In this document: positions 10,502-19,360 of the stretch, piece after piece
Numbering within the stretch: the first letter of the stretch is position 1
How the letters are laid out: each line of letters begins with the position of its first letter
Assembly (NCBI GenBank): GCA_014859375.1
Contig: JACUUH010000008.1
Coordinates: forward strand, 1,705-65,704
Source: Gammaproteobacteria bacterium
Lineage (GTDB): Bacteria > Pseudomonadota > Gammaproteobacteria > Nitrosococcales > Methylophagaceae
Reading direction: 5' to 3'
DNA: 64,000 nucleotides
The notes under the pieces: model-generated
Databases searched by the model: none
Seen by the model: only the letters and a program-made list of their open reading frames with translations
What the model was told of the DNA's origin: nothing
Translations under genes and position numbers: made by a program

Positions 10502-11548
10502 GTGAAATCTGATTATTTTAGTGACCAATTAGTAAATTGGTATGATCAACATGGCCGCAAAGATTTGCCTTGGCAACAGTCGCCAACGCCATATCATGTC
10601 TGGTTATCTGAAATCATGCTGCAGCAAACGCAGGTCACTACAGTTGTTGGCTACTATCAACGTTTTATAGACCGTTTTCCAGATGTAATAAGCCTTGCCA
10701 AAGCCAATAGTGATGACGTTTTAGCATTATGGACAGGGCTTGGTTACTACGCCAGAGCTAGAAATCTTCATAAATCTGCCAACATTATTGTCGATGTCCA
10801 TAATGGCAAAATGCCAACATCGCTAGATCATCTAACAGCACTTCCTGGAATAGGTCGCTCTACTGCTGGCGCTATTATGGCTTTGGCTCATCACCAGCGT
10901 TATGCCATTCTTGATGGTAATGTAAAACGTGTACTTGCTCGCTATTTTGCTGTTGAAGGCTGGCCAGGCAATAAGGCTGTGGAAACAACATTATGGCAAT
11001 TGGCGGATAGCTTATTACCTGATAAACGCATCGCAAATTACATACAAGCTCAAATGGATCTTGGCGCAACACTCTGTACCCGAACCAAACCAAGATGTTG
11101 TGATTGCCCATTAAAACAAAATTGTCTTAGTTTTATCCAAGGCAATCCAGAATCATATCCTTTTGCAAAGCCTAAAAAAATCAGCCCGATCCGCAAAACC
11201 AACTGGATAATTGCGCAAAATCCCGCAGGAGAGATTTTATTAGAGCAACGACAAGCTTCAGGAATTTGGGGCGGATTATGGACTTTTCCTGAGTTTGAAA
11301 CGACCGAAAACATTGAAGTTTCCTGTCAAAATAAATTGAATATTTCGATCAAATCTATTTCAACAGAAAAACAGATACGCCATATATTTAGCCACTTTAA
11401 GCTGGATATACGCCCTTATTTTGTGCTGTGTGATCCACGTTCAAATCAGATTGCCGAGAATAAAAATTTGACATGGTATAGAATAAACAAAGCACTGGAA
11501 CTAGGCTTGCCTGCACCAGTCAAATCACTATTAATTTCACTACAATAA
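10502..11548 (+). CDS. mutY: A/G-specific adenine DNA glycosylase
   Basis: 348 aa with GTG start. LPWQ, HhH-GPD region, Fe-S cluster loop C-x6-C-x2-C-x5-C (CTRTKPRCCDCPLKQNC) and a NUDIX-like C-terminal domain. Followed by yggX as in E. coli. Confidence 0.95.
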   Translation: MKSDYFSDQLVNWYDQHGRKDLPWQQSPTPYHVWLSEIMLQQTQVTTVVGYYQRFIDRFPDVISLAKANSDDVLALWTGLGYYARARNLHKSANIIVDVHNGKMPTSLDHLTALPGIGRSTAGAIMALAHHQRYAILDGNVKRVLARYFAVEGWPGNKAVETTLWQLADSLLPDKRIANYIQAQMDLGATLCTRTKPRCCDCPLKQNCLSFIQGNPESYPFAKPKKISPIRKTNWIIAQNPAGEILLEQRQASGIWGGLWTFPEFETTENIEVSCQNKLNISIKSISTEKQIRHIFSHFKLDIRPYFVLCDPRSNQIAENKNLTWYRINKALELGLPAPVKSLLISLQ

Positions 11549-11557
11549 GAGGAACCC

Positions 11558-11827
11558 ATGGCACATATCGTCCATTGTGTTAAACTCAATCGAGAAGCTG
11601 AAGGTCTGGACTTTGCACCATATCCAGGTGAGCTAGGTAAAAAAATCTATGAGTCGGTCTCGAAAGAAGGCTGGCAAATGTGGTTAGGCCAACAAACGAT
11701 GTTAATAAACGAATATCGATTGTCACTAGCAGATCCCAAATCACAACAGTTTCTCAAAGAAGAATTAGAAAAATTTTTCTTTGGCGAAGGCTCGGCTCCA
11801 CCCGTGGATTTTGTAGCTGAAAATTAA
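11558..11827 (+). CDS. yggX: oxidative damage protection / Fe(2+)-trafficking protein YggX
   Basis: 89 aa. [48 protein letters not shown] closely parallels E. coli YggX. Confidence 0.9.
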   Translation: MAHIVHCVKLNREAEGLDFAPYPGELGKKIYESVSKEGWQMWLGQQTMLINEYRLSLADPKSQQFLKEELEKFFFGEGSAPPVDFVAEN

Positions 11828-11854
11828 TTAAAACGTAAAAAATAGAGGTAGGAC

Positions 11855-12064
11855 ATGGCAGAACAAGTAACAGGAACCGTTAAGTGGTTCAACGACGAAA
11901 AAGGTTTCGGTTTCATTGAGCAAGCATCTGGTCCAGATGTATTCGTTCACCACAGCGCGATCCAAGCAGACGGCTTCAAATCTTTAAAAGAAGGTCAAAC
12001 TGTAACAATGGAAGTTTCTCAAGGTGCTAAAGGCCCACAAGCTGAGAATGTTGTTCCAGGCTAA
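11855..12064 (+). CDS. cold-shock protein, CspA family
   Basis: 69 aa. [15 protein letters not shown] (RNP1) and VFVHHSAI (RNP2). Confidence 0.95.
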   Translation: MAEQVTGTVKWFNDEKGFGFIEQASGPDVFVHHSAIQADGFKSLKEGQTVTMEVSQGAKGPQAENVVPG

Positions 12065-12086
12065 AATTATTTAGTCAAAAATTCTA

Positions 12087-12124
12087 AAGGCCGGTCAGGA
12101 TAAAACCTACCGGCCTTTTTTATT
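12087..12124 (+). terminator. rho-independent terminator after csp
   Basis: AAGGCCGGT...ACCGGCCTT stem followed by TTTTTTT. Confidence 0.8.
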
Positions 12125-12160
12125 GAGTAGATTTCAGAGATATATGCTATGAAAGTATTT

Positions 12161-12202
12161 AACCTCGGTTCTGGATAAGCACAGCTATCCAGAACTGAGG
12201 TT
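12161..12202. repeat. 42-bp palindromic element, solo derivative of the MITE at 20747-20977
   Basis: AACCTCGGTTCTGGATA-AGCACAGC-TATCCAGAACTGAGGTT. The 17-bp arms have one G/T mismatch and match the terminal inverted repeats at 20747 and 20977. Flanked by ATTT on both sides. Confidence 0.7.
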
Positions 12203-12371
12203 ATTTATGGCTACGCTGATCCAAATAAAGTGCCACTGTACCCACACACCGTGCTGAAATTATGGTGAGAACAATGGTCATTTCTGTACACGATGCTAAA
12301 ATGGCGAATAGTCTTAAACAAGTGACCGTCGGTGAAAAAACAGCGACAGAAATTAATTGGATCACTCAAAA

Positions 12372-12818
12372 ATGACAAAATTAAACCCAAGCGAATTTAT
12401 CAAAAGCCATCGTTACGGTGTACTTTCGACTCATTCAGTAACAGAAGCGGGCTATCCATTTGGTTCTATCACGCCATACATTATTAGTGATAAAGGCGAA
12501 ATAGCTATTTTAATTAGTCATTTAGCAGAACACACCAACAATATTCTGGCCAATCCTAAAGTAGCCTTAACTTTATTTGATCCTGAAGACTCAAATAACC
12601 CTCAAGCCGGTGCCCGTATTACCTGCCTGGCTAATGCCAGAAAAGCTGGTGATGAAAGCGATTTACGCCAGCGCTATGTTACACACTTTGCTGATGCTGA
12701 CATGATAGTACAACTCCCCGGTTTCCACTTTTATCTATTAGATTTAGTAAAGGTCAGATTAATTGCGGGTTTTGGTCAAGTTAAGTGGCTCGAAGCAGAT
12801 CAGCTAAAACTGGACTAA
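12372..12818 (+). CDS. pyridoxamine 5'-phosphate oxidase-related FMN-binding / HugZ-like family protein
   Basis: ORF track starts at TTG 12357; the first ATG is at 12372. GVLSTHS....GYPFGSITPY...G...ILISHLAEHTNNILANPKVALTLFDP is typical of the split-barrel HugZ/PNPOx-like family. Confidence 0.65.
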   Translation: MTKLNPSEFIKSHRYGVLSTHSVTEAGYPFGSITPYIISDKGEIAILISHLAEHTNNILANPKVALTLFDPEDSNNPQAGARITCLANARKAGDESDLRQRYVTHFADADMIVQLPGFHFYLLDLVKVRLIAGFGQVKWLEADQLKLD

Positions 12819-13721
12819 CTACTCTTTTAATAAAGATAGCGTTTCATTTATCACAAGATCTTTAAACGCTGCCATGACTGCAGTAAAACGCTTTCCATGT
12901 CGATGAACCAAATACCAGTGACGCATAATTGGAAATGATTCAACATCCAAGATAGCCAAACGGTCTAACGACAACTCCCATTCCAAAGTATGCTTTGATA
13001 CAATCCCCAAACCAAGCCCCGCTTCAACTGCCTGGTTAATTGCCTCATTACTGCTCATTTCAATAACGGAAGTAATGTTATAACCCGCTTGTTCAAAAAA
13101 ACGTTCCATTGCAATGCGTGTACCTGAACCAAGCTCACGCATAATAAACGTTTCTTTTTGGAGTTCAGATAGTGGGATATTTTTTTTGCCTACAAGAAAA
13201 TGGTGTCTCGGTGCAATAACGACTAAAGGATTCTTTAAAAAAGGTGTTGCCTCTACATCACATCCTTCAGGAGGTTGTCCCATTATCACCATATCAACGG
13301 TATTCTCAGCTAAATGCGTGATCAAACTGGCTCTGTTTGTTACATCTAAACTGATATTAGTGCTGGAATAGCGCTTGTAAAATTCACCTAATATTTTCAA
13401 TGCAAAATAGTTTGCAGTGGTGGCAACAGCGATAGTTAGATGTCCACGTTCACTACCACGCATTTCAGACATAACATCTTCTAGCTCGACTAACTGCTGT
13501 GAGATATTACGAGCATATATCTGTAACTCTTTACCAGCATCCGTCAAAAATAAACGTTTACCCATACGCTCAAATAGAGGCATATCAATTTCTGATTCTA
13601 ACTGTTTGATTTGCATTGAAACAGCAGGCTGGCTCAAATACAAAACTTCTGCTGCGCGGGTATAACTTAAGTGCATACTAACAGCTTCAAAAATCTGTAA
13701 TTGCCTGAGTGTTATATTCAT
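12819..13721 (-). CDS. cbbR: LysR-family transcriptional regulator of the cbb operon (CbbR)
   Basis: The LysR HTH begins at MNITLRQLQIFEAV...LSQPAVSMQIKQLE and the gene is divergent from cbbM. I prefer ATG at 13721 over the track start at 13739, because the 6-codon extension overlaps a palindromic operator-like site. Confidence 0.85.
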   Translation of the reverse strand: MNITLRQLQIFEAVSMHLSYTRAAEVLYLSQPAVSMQIKQLESEIDMPLFERMGKRLFLTDAGKELQIYARNISQQLVELEDVMSEMRGSERGHLTIAVATTANYFALKILGEFYKRYSSTNISLDVTNRASLITHLAENTVDMVIMGQPPEGCDVEATPFLKNPLVVIAPRHHFLVGKKNIPLSELQKETFIMRELGSGTRIAMERFFEQAGYNITSVIEMSSNEAINQAVEAGLGLGIVSKHTLEWELSLDRLAILDVESFPIMRHWYLVHRHGKRFTAVMAAFKDLVINETLSLLKE

Positions 13722-13729
13722 AAGACATA

Positions 13730-13748
13730 TCATAAGCATTTCTTATGA
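13730..13748. promoter_or_regulatory. candidate LysR/CbbR recognition palindrome (contains T-N11-A)
   Basis: TCATAAG-CATTT-CTTATGA is a perfect 7-bp dyad whose inner TAAGCATTTCTTA is a T-N11-A motif. A third TCATAAG copy lies at 13718-13724. Located just upstream of the cbbR start in the cbbR-cbbM intergenic region. Confidence 0.35.
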
Positions 13749-13885
13749 CTAAAATCAAAAGTTTTGAGTTTAATTTATATCAAAAATGACCTAAACTTCT
13801 TAAACGTCATTAGTTCGACGAAAAAATAACCTAAACAACGAAATAGCTACTTTCAGCTATTCACTGAATATAGAAGGTATTAATA

Positions 13886-15265
13886 ATGGATCAATCAGCA
13901 CGCTACTCTGATTTGAGTTTGAGAGAAGAAGACCTTATTGCTAATGGTAAACATATTCTTGTTGCTTATCATATGACACCAGCAGATGGTCATGGTTACT
14001 TAGAAACAGCAGCTCATTTTGCAGCAGAATCATCGACAGGTACTAATGTAGAAGTATCGACAACGGATGACTTTACTAAAGGCGTTGATGCTTTAGTCTA
14101 TGAAATCGATGAAGCTAAGGGTCTGACGAAAATTGCGTACCCTAGCGAATTATTCGATCGTAACGTGACTGACGGCCGTACTATGATCGTGTCATTCCTG
14201 ACACTTACAATTGGTAACAACCAAGGCATGGGCGATATTAAATGCGCACAAATGCAAGATTTCTACGTACCACCTCGCATGTTGCAATTATTTGATGGTC
14301 CAGCTAAAGACATCACTGATATGTGGCGGATTCTAGGCCGTCCAATCGAAAATGGTGGTTATATTGCTGGTACTATTATTAAACCAAAATTAGGTTTACG
14401 TCCTGAACCATTTGCTGAAGCGGCATACCAATTCTGGTTAGGTGGTGACTTCATCAAAAATGATGAACCACAAGGTAATCAAACTTTCTGTCCTATGAAG
14501 AAAGTCATTCCGTTAGTTGCTGATGCAATGAAGCGTGCTCAAGATGAAACCGGTGAAGCTAAATTATTCTCTGCCAACATCACCGCTGATGATCATTATG
14601 AAATGTTGGCTCGTGCTGATTATATCCTGGAAACATTTGGTGCTGATGCTGACAAAGTTGCTTTCTTGGTTGATGGCTATGTGGGTGGTCCAGGCATGAT
14701 CACAACAGCGCGCCGTAACTACCCTAGCCAATACTTACACTATCATCGTGCAGGTCATGGTGCAGTAACATCGCCATCATCTGTTCGTGGTTACACTGCT
14801 TTTGTTCTGGCCAAAATGGCTCGTTTACAAGGTGCTTCCGGTATCCATGTTGGTACTATGGGTTACGGTAAAATGGAAGGTGGTAAAGACGACCGTATCA
14901 TCGCCTATATGATCGAACGTGATAGTGCTGATGGTCCTTACTATCATCAGGAATGGTATGGCATGAAACCAACTACGCCAATTATCTCTGGTGGTATGAA
15001 TGCCTTACGTCTACCTGGCTTCTTTGAAAACTTAGGTCATGGTAATGTTATCAATACTTCTGGTGGTGGTTCTTACGGCCATATTGATAGCCCGGCAGCT
15101 GGCGCGATTTCATTACGCCAAGCATTTGAGTGTTGGAAATCTGGTGCCGATCCGATTGAATTTGCGAAAGAACATCGTGAATTTGCTCGCGCGTTTGAAT
15201 CATTCCCAGGCGATGCAGACAAGATCTTCCCAGGCTGGCGTGAAAAATTAGGCGTACATAAGTAA
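13886..15265 (+). CDS. cbbM: ribulose-1,5-bisphosphate carboxylase/oxygenase, form II
   Basis: 459 aa. [25 protein letters not shown] and [14 protein letters not shown] active-site block. No small-subunit gene follows, and the length and sequence are typical of form II. Confidence 0.97.
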   Translation: MDQSARYSDLSLREEDLIANGKHILVAYHMTPADGHGYLETAAHFAAESSTGTNVEVSTTDDFTKGVDALVYEIDEAKGLTKIAYPSELFDRNVTDGRTMIVSFLTLTIGNNQGMGDIKCAQMQDFYVPPRMLQLFDGPAKDITDMWRILGRPIENGGYIAGTIIKPKLGLRPEPFAEAAYQFWLGGDFIKNDEPQGNQTFCPMKKVIPLVADAMKRAQDETGEAKLFSANITADDHYEMLARADYILETFGADADKVAFLVDGYVGGPGMITTARRNYPSQYLHYHRAGHGAVTSPSSVRGYTAFVLAKMARLQGASGIHVGTMGYGKMEGGKDDRIIAYMIERDSADGPYYHQEWYGMKPTTPIISGGMNALRLPGFFENLGHGNVINTSGGGSYGHIDSPAAGAISLRQAFECWKSGADPIEFAKEHREFARAFESFPGDADKIFPGWREKLGVHK

Positions 15266-15289
15266 GCTCAATCACAACAAACAAAAGGC

Positions 15290-15320
15290 GATACCCTGCT
15301 TCGGCAGGGTGTCCCTTTTA
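15290..15320 (+). terminator. hairpin with UUCG loop after cbbM (terminator or intra-operon attenuator/stabiliser)
   Basis: GATACCCTGC-TTCG-GCAGGGTGTC (10-bp stem, one G.U) followed by a short CCTTTTA tail. Confidence 0.5.
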
Positions 15321-15442
15321 CACTCAAACCGCTAATTTCTTTAGCTGACTCAATCCAACAATCCAAAAGCATTCAGTAAAACCAATGGCCTCTTTATCAT
15401 TTGTTTTCCTGAATTCTTTTCACCTAACACGAAGTGAATACG

Positions 15443-16246
15443 ATGACTGACAAAAACCAATATCTAATTAAGCAAGAACCTTTCTACCAACAACAAAACG
15501 ACGAAGTAGCACTCTATACAGCAGCCTATAATGCGCGTTTACCCGTTATGATTAAAGGACCAACCGGTTGTGGTAAATCACGTTTTATTGAACACATGGC
15601 ATGGAAATTAAATAAACCTCTGATCACCGTTGCCTGTAATGAAGATATGACTGCATCCGATCTTGTCGGGCGTTATTTACTTGATGCTAATGGTACACGC
15701 TGGTTAGATGGCCCCTTGACCGTAGCTGCTCGTATTGGTGCTATTTGTTATCTCGACGAAGTCGTCGAGGCTCGCCAGGATACCACCGTTGTTATTCATC
15801 CTTTGACAGACCACCGCCGGGTATTACCGTTAGATAAAAAAGGTGAACTGCTTGAAGCACACCCTGATTTTCAACTGGTTATCTCCTATAATCCAGGCTA
15901 TCAAAGCTTGTTAAAAGACTTAAAACAATCAACTAAACAACGCTTTACTGCCTTTGAGTTTGACTATCCAACAGCTGATGTCGAATCATCGATTCTACAA
16001 AAAGAAACAGGTATCAGTCAGGATTTAGCCGATAAACTCATTAAAATTGCCTCTACCGCACGTAACTTAAAAGGCCATGGCCTCGATGAAGGTATTTCAA
16101 CGCGTCTATTAACTTATGCAGCCACCTTAATTGATGGTGGTGTTGAAGCCAAAGCAGCTTGCCGTATGGCGCTAGTTAGGCCGATTACTGATGACACCGA
16201 TATTCGCGATACCTTAGATCACGCAATTAACGCTGTCTTTGGCTGA
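15443..16246 (+). CDS. cbbQ: RuBisCO activase AAA+ subunit CbbQ (MoxR/NirQ-NorQ family)
   Basis: Walker A GPTGCGKS and Walker B CYLDEV. MTDKNQYLIKQEPFY resembles CbbQ N-termini, so ATG 15443 is preferred over the track GTG at 15434. Confidence 0.92.
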   Translation: MTDKNQYLIKQEPFYQQQNDEVALYTAAYNARLPVMIKGPTGCGKSRFIEHMAWKLNKPLITVACNEDMTASDLVGRYLLDANGTRWLDGPLTVAARIGAICYLDEVVEARQDTTVVIHPLTDHRRVLPLDKKGELLEAHPDFQLVISYNPGYQSLLKDLKQSTKQRFTAFEFDYPTADVESSILQKETGISQDLADKLIKIASTARNLKGHGLDEGISTRLLTYAATLIDGGVEAKAACRMALVRPITDDTDIRDTLDHAINAVFG

Positions 16247-16263
16247 GCCAACGAGACAGAACA

Positions 16264-18513
16264 ATGGCTGATCTAGAACTAAATCCTTATCGCCCAAAGT
16301 TGAAATGTGGCTTTGATCAAATCGATCCTATTTTTGATGAGTGTTTAGCAGAAGCACAGGTTTATCTAACAGAACAAGGTATTGATGACTATCTGGAAGG
16401 TGCATCATTGGTGTGCATGATAGGTCGTGGTGTTGAGCCTGTATTAAGTTATATGCAAGATATGCCTGCTGTTGCAGGCCAATTAGGTCAACCGGTATTA
16501 CGTTTGGTTTCACAAACCGTTTGGAAAATCTCACGCACCCCCAATGGCAAAGCCATTCCAACATTTTTACAAACATTAGCTGCTGTTTCGCGTCGTTTAG
16601 GCGATATTCATGCTTTAGAAAAATATTTTGACATCATTTTCACAATGATGGAAAAAACCACTGTTTCAATTCATGGTCATCATGCCACCATACCCAGTCC
16701 AGCATTATCGGATTTTCTGGAAAAAATGCCCTACCTTATCAGTCAACTGTCGTTAGCAGGTCTGAAAAATTGGGTTGATTACGGTATTCGTTATTACAGC
16801 ACTCATCCAGAGCGACAAAAAGACTTCTTTAGTTTGCAGTCAGCTGATAGTTTGGCAGTGATGCAAAAAGAACGTCATGGCGTTTTATTTTATGATCATG
16901 AGCGTAACTTAAACTTGTATATGCAAGGCTTATGGGAGCACAGTCCACAGCTTGTACCTTATTCACTGGGTTTTGATGAATTACGCAAACCGCAACCTTA
17001 TTTTGATCAGTTGGGTATGCGTATTCCAGATGTCTACGATCAATTCAACGATGTATCAGGGCTTGACCGTTATCGTGCCACCTTAGCCCACATGGCAGCA
17101 CATCAACGCTGGACACACCCAATCATCGCCGATAACTACAGTCCATTTCAACGTATGGCTGTTGAATTTGTCGAAGACTGTCGGGTTGAAACGCTTGCTA
17201 TCAAACGTTATCCAGGTTTACGAAACTTATTTTTAAGTCTACACCCGACTCCAATTGAAGGTGCATGTGATCCTGAAACCCAATCCTGCCTACGTCATCG
17301 TCTGGTCATGTTGTCTCGTGCCTTATTAGATAAAAATCATGGCTACACTGATCCTGATCTGCTTGATTTAACTGAGCGTTTTCATCACATCATGTCTGAA
17401 TCAGATTCAAGCACCAAAGATATTGCCAGTTTAGGCTTATCCTTTGTCGCTAAAACGCGTCGCCAAAGCGATCAGTTAGCCAATGTTTATTTTGATAATA
17501 CAGAAATCGATTATCGCGATGACAATCGCCATATGTGGACGTTTATAGAAGAAGGTGACGAAGAAGAAAGCTTTGAAGACAAGCGTTCACCTCAAACTGA
17601 ACAAGATGAACATCAAGGATTACCACCAAGACACTACCCAGAATGGGATTATCATTCAAAAAATTATCGACCTGATTGGGTCAGTGTCTATGAATCATTA
17701 CATCCTGCTGGCAATGCCAGTGATATCGATCGGCTTTTACAAAAACACAGTGCCTTACTAAAACGGCTTAAACACATTTTAGAACTGCTTAAACCTCAAA
17801 ACTTCGTCCGGGTTCGTTATCAGGAAGAAGGCTCTGAATTAGATCTTGACGTTGCAATACGCTCTTTAATCGATTTAAAAAGTGGCAGCATGCCCGACCC
17901 TCGCATCAATATGAGCCACAAACATGATGGTCGTGATATTGCCGTTATGCTATTGCTTGATTTATCTGAATCCATCAATGAAATACCGCGCGGTTGCGAA
18001 CAAACCATTTTAGAATTATGCCAAGAATCGGTATCACTGCTTTCGTGGTCGATTGAACAACTCGGTGATAAATTTGCGATTGCAGGTTTTCATTCCAACA
18101 CACGTCATGATGTACGCTATCACCACGTTAAAGGTTTTAGTGAGAATTGGAATGATGAGGTCAAGTCTCGTATTGCTGGTTTAAAAGCGGGCTATTCAAC
18201 ACGTATGGGCGCAGCTATGCGTCATGCTGCTCATTATTTAGAAGCCCAAACTGCTGATAAAAAATTAGTGTTAATTTTGACTGATGGCGAACCCTCAGAT
18301 ATTGATGTTAATGACGACCGTTTGCTCATTGAAGATACTCACCAAGCAGTAAAAGAACTACAACAAAAAGGTATTTACAGTTATTGTATAACCCTAGATC
18401 CGAATGCAGATGATTATGTTGAAGATATTTTCGGTAATCAACATATGGTGATTGATAACGTCAATAAACTGCCTGAGAAACTACCGGCGCTGTTTGCCAG
18501 CTTAACCAAATAA
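16264..18513 (+). CDS. cbbO: RuBisCO activase adaptor CbbO (von Willebrand factor A domain)
   Basis: 749 aa. C-terminal vWA domain with MIDAS DLSES (LLLDLSESI) and LILTDGEPSD. Immediately follows cbbQ. Confidence 0.9.
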   Translation: MADLELNPYRPKLKCGFDQIDPIFDECLAEAQVYLTEQGIDDYLEGASLVCMIGRGVEPVLSYMQDMPAVAGQLGQPVLRLVSQTVWKISRTPNGKAIPTFLQTLAAVSRRLGDIHALEKYFDIIFTMMEKTTVSIHGHHATIPSPALSDFLEKMPYLISQLSLAGLKNWVDYGIRYYSTHPERQKDFFSLQSADSLAVMQKERHGVLFYDHERNLNLYMQGLWEHSPQLVPYSLGFDELRKPQPYFDQLGMRIPDVYDQFNDVSGLDRYRATLAHMAAHQRWTHPIIADNYSPFQRMAVEFVEDCRVETLAIKRYPGLRNLFLSLHPTPIEGACDPETQSCLRHRLVMLSRALLDKNHGYTDPDLLDLTERFHHIMSESDSSTKDIASLGLSFVAKTRRQSDQLANVYFDNTEIDYRDDNRHMWTFIEEGDEEESFEDKRSPQTEQDEHQGLPPRHYPEWDYHSKNYRPDWVSVYESLHPAGNASDIDRLLQKHSALLKRLKHILELLKPQNFVRVRYQEEGSELDLDVAIRSLIDLKSGSMPDPRINMSHKHDGRDIAVMLLLDLSESINEIPRGCEQTILELCQESVSLLSWSIEQLGDKFAIAGFHSNTRHDVRYHHVKGFSENWNDEVKSRIAGLKAGYSTRMGAAMRHAAHYLEAQTADKKLVLILTDGEPSDIDVNDDRLLIEDTHQAVKELQQKGIYSYCITLDPNADDYVEDIFGNQHMVIDNVNKLPEKLPALFASLTK

Positions 18514-18527
18514 TTTGAGGAATCATC

Positions 18528-19286
18528 ATGACTAAACCGAGCGCTGTAATACTAATAATCAGTATTGTTTTTAGTAGCTATATGATGCCAGCATCGGCAG
18601 ATTGGGGCAGCTTATTTAAAGATTTAAAATCGACTGGACAATCTTTGCTTTCCAATTCAGACAGTTCCGCCACAACGCTGGATAATCAAACCATCATTTC
18701 TGGCTTAAAACAAGCCTTAGATATTGGTACTCGTCATGCGATTGACAATGTCAGTCAGCCCAATGGTTACCTTGCTAACGAATTAATTCATATTGCGATG
18801 CCACCCCAGTTACAACAAGTGGATGGCTTAATGCGAAAATTTGGTCTTGATGCCATGGCCGATCAATTTGAACAAAGTATGAATCATGCTGCTGAAAAAG
18901 CAGCGCCAGAAGCAACCAACATTATTGTTAATGCCATTAAAAATATGACGATTGATGATGCCAAAACGATTCTAAATGGTGAAGACGACGCTGCAACTGA
19001 CTATTTTAAACAGCAAACCAGTGACAAACTGACGGCACTATTCCGTCCCGTTATTACTGATTCGCTCAATCAGGTCGGTACAACAAAATACTACAACGAT
19101 CTGACAGGACAGCTTGCAGCAGTTCCTTTTGTTGGTGAAACAGTAAATTTAGATTTACCTGATTATGTTACACAACAAGCCTTAAATGGTATGTTCACGA
19201 TGATTGCTGCTGAAGAGAAGAAAATTCGTCAAAACCCTGCAGCCAGAACAACAGAATTACTTAAAAAGGTCTTTCAAAACCAATAA
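18528..19286 (+). CDS. DUF4197 domain-containing secreted protein
   Basis: 252 aa. Signal peptide (..MPASA/DW). ISGLKQAL, MNHAAEKAAPEA, NAIKNMTIDDAKTILNG.DDAATDYF and LNGMFTMIAAEEKKIRQNPAARTTELLKKVF match my recollection of DUF4197. Starts 14 nt after cbbO with a GAGGA SD. Confidence 0.7.
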   Translation: MTKPSAVILIISIVFSSYMMPASADWGSLFKDLKSTGQSLLSNSDSSATTLDNQTIISGLKQALDIGTRHAIDNVSQPNGYLANELIHIAMPPQLQQVDGLMRKFGLDAMADQFEQSMNHAAEKAAPEATNIIVNAIKNMTIDDAKTILNGEDDAATDYFKQQTSDKLTALFRPVITDSLNQVGTTKYYNDLTGQLAAVPFVGETVNLDLPDYVTQQALNGMFTMIAAEEKKIRQNPAARTTELLKKVFQNQ

Positions 19287-19360
19287 TTTTTACATCAAGA
19301 TTGGTGCAATAGTTTGATTTATACTACTATGCCCTTTGCTTTTACACTTTAGGATAGAAC

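Noticed and set aside
12207-12257. A 16-codon ORF MATLIQIKCHCTHTPC with a GAGG SD 6 nt upstream, between the solo palindrome and the HugZ-like gene.
   Set aside because: The SD is simply the arm of the repeat element and would be sequestered in the hairpin. The Cys/His/Thr pattern matches no known leader logic for the downstream gene. There is no supporting structure, so it is probably fortuitous.
13722-13739. Six-codon extension (MLMICL) of cbbR.
   Set aside because: LysR HTH domains start within a few residues of the N-terminus (MNITLRQL...). The extension also overlaps the TCATAAG palindrome, which is more likely an operator.
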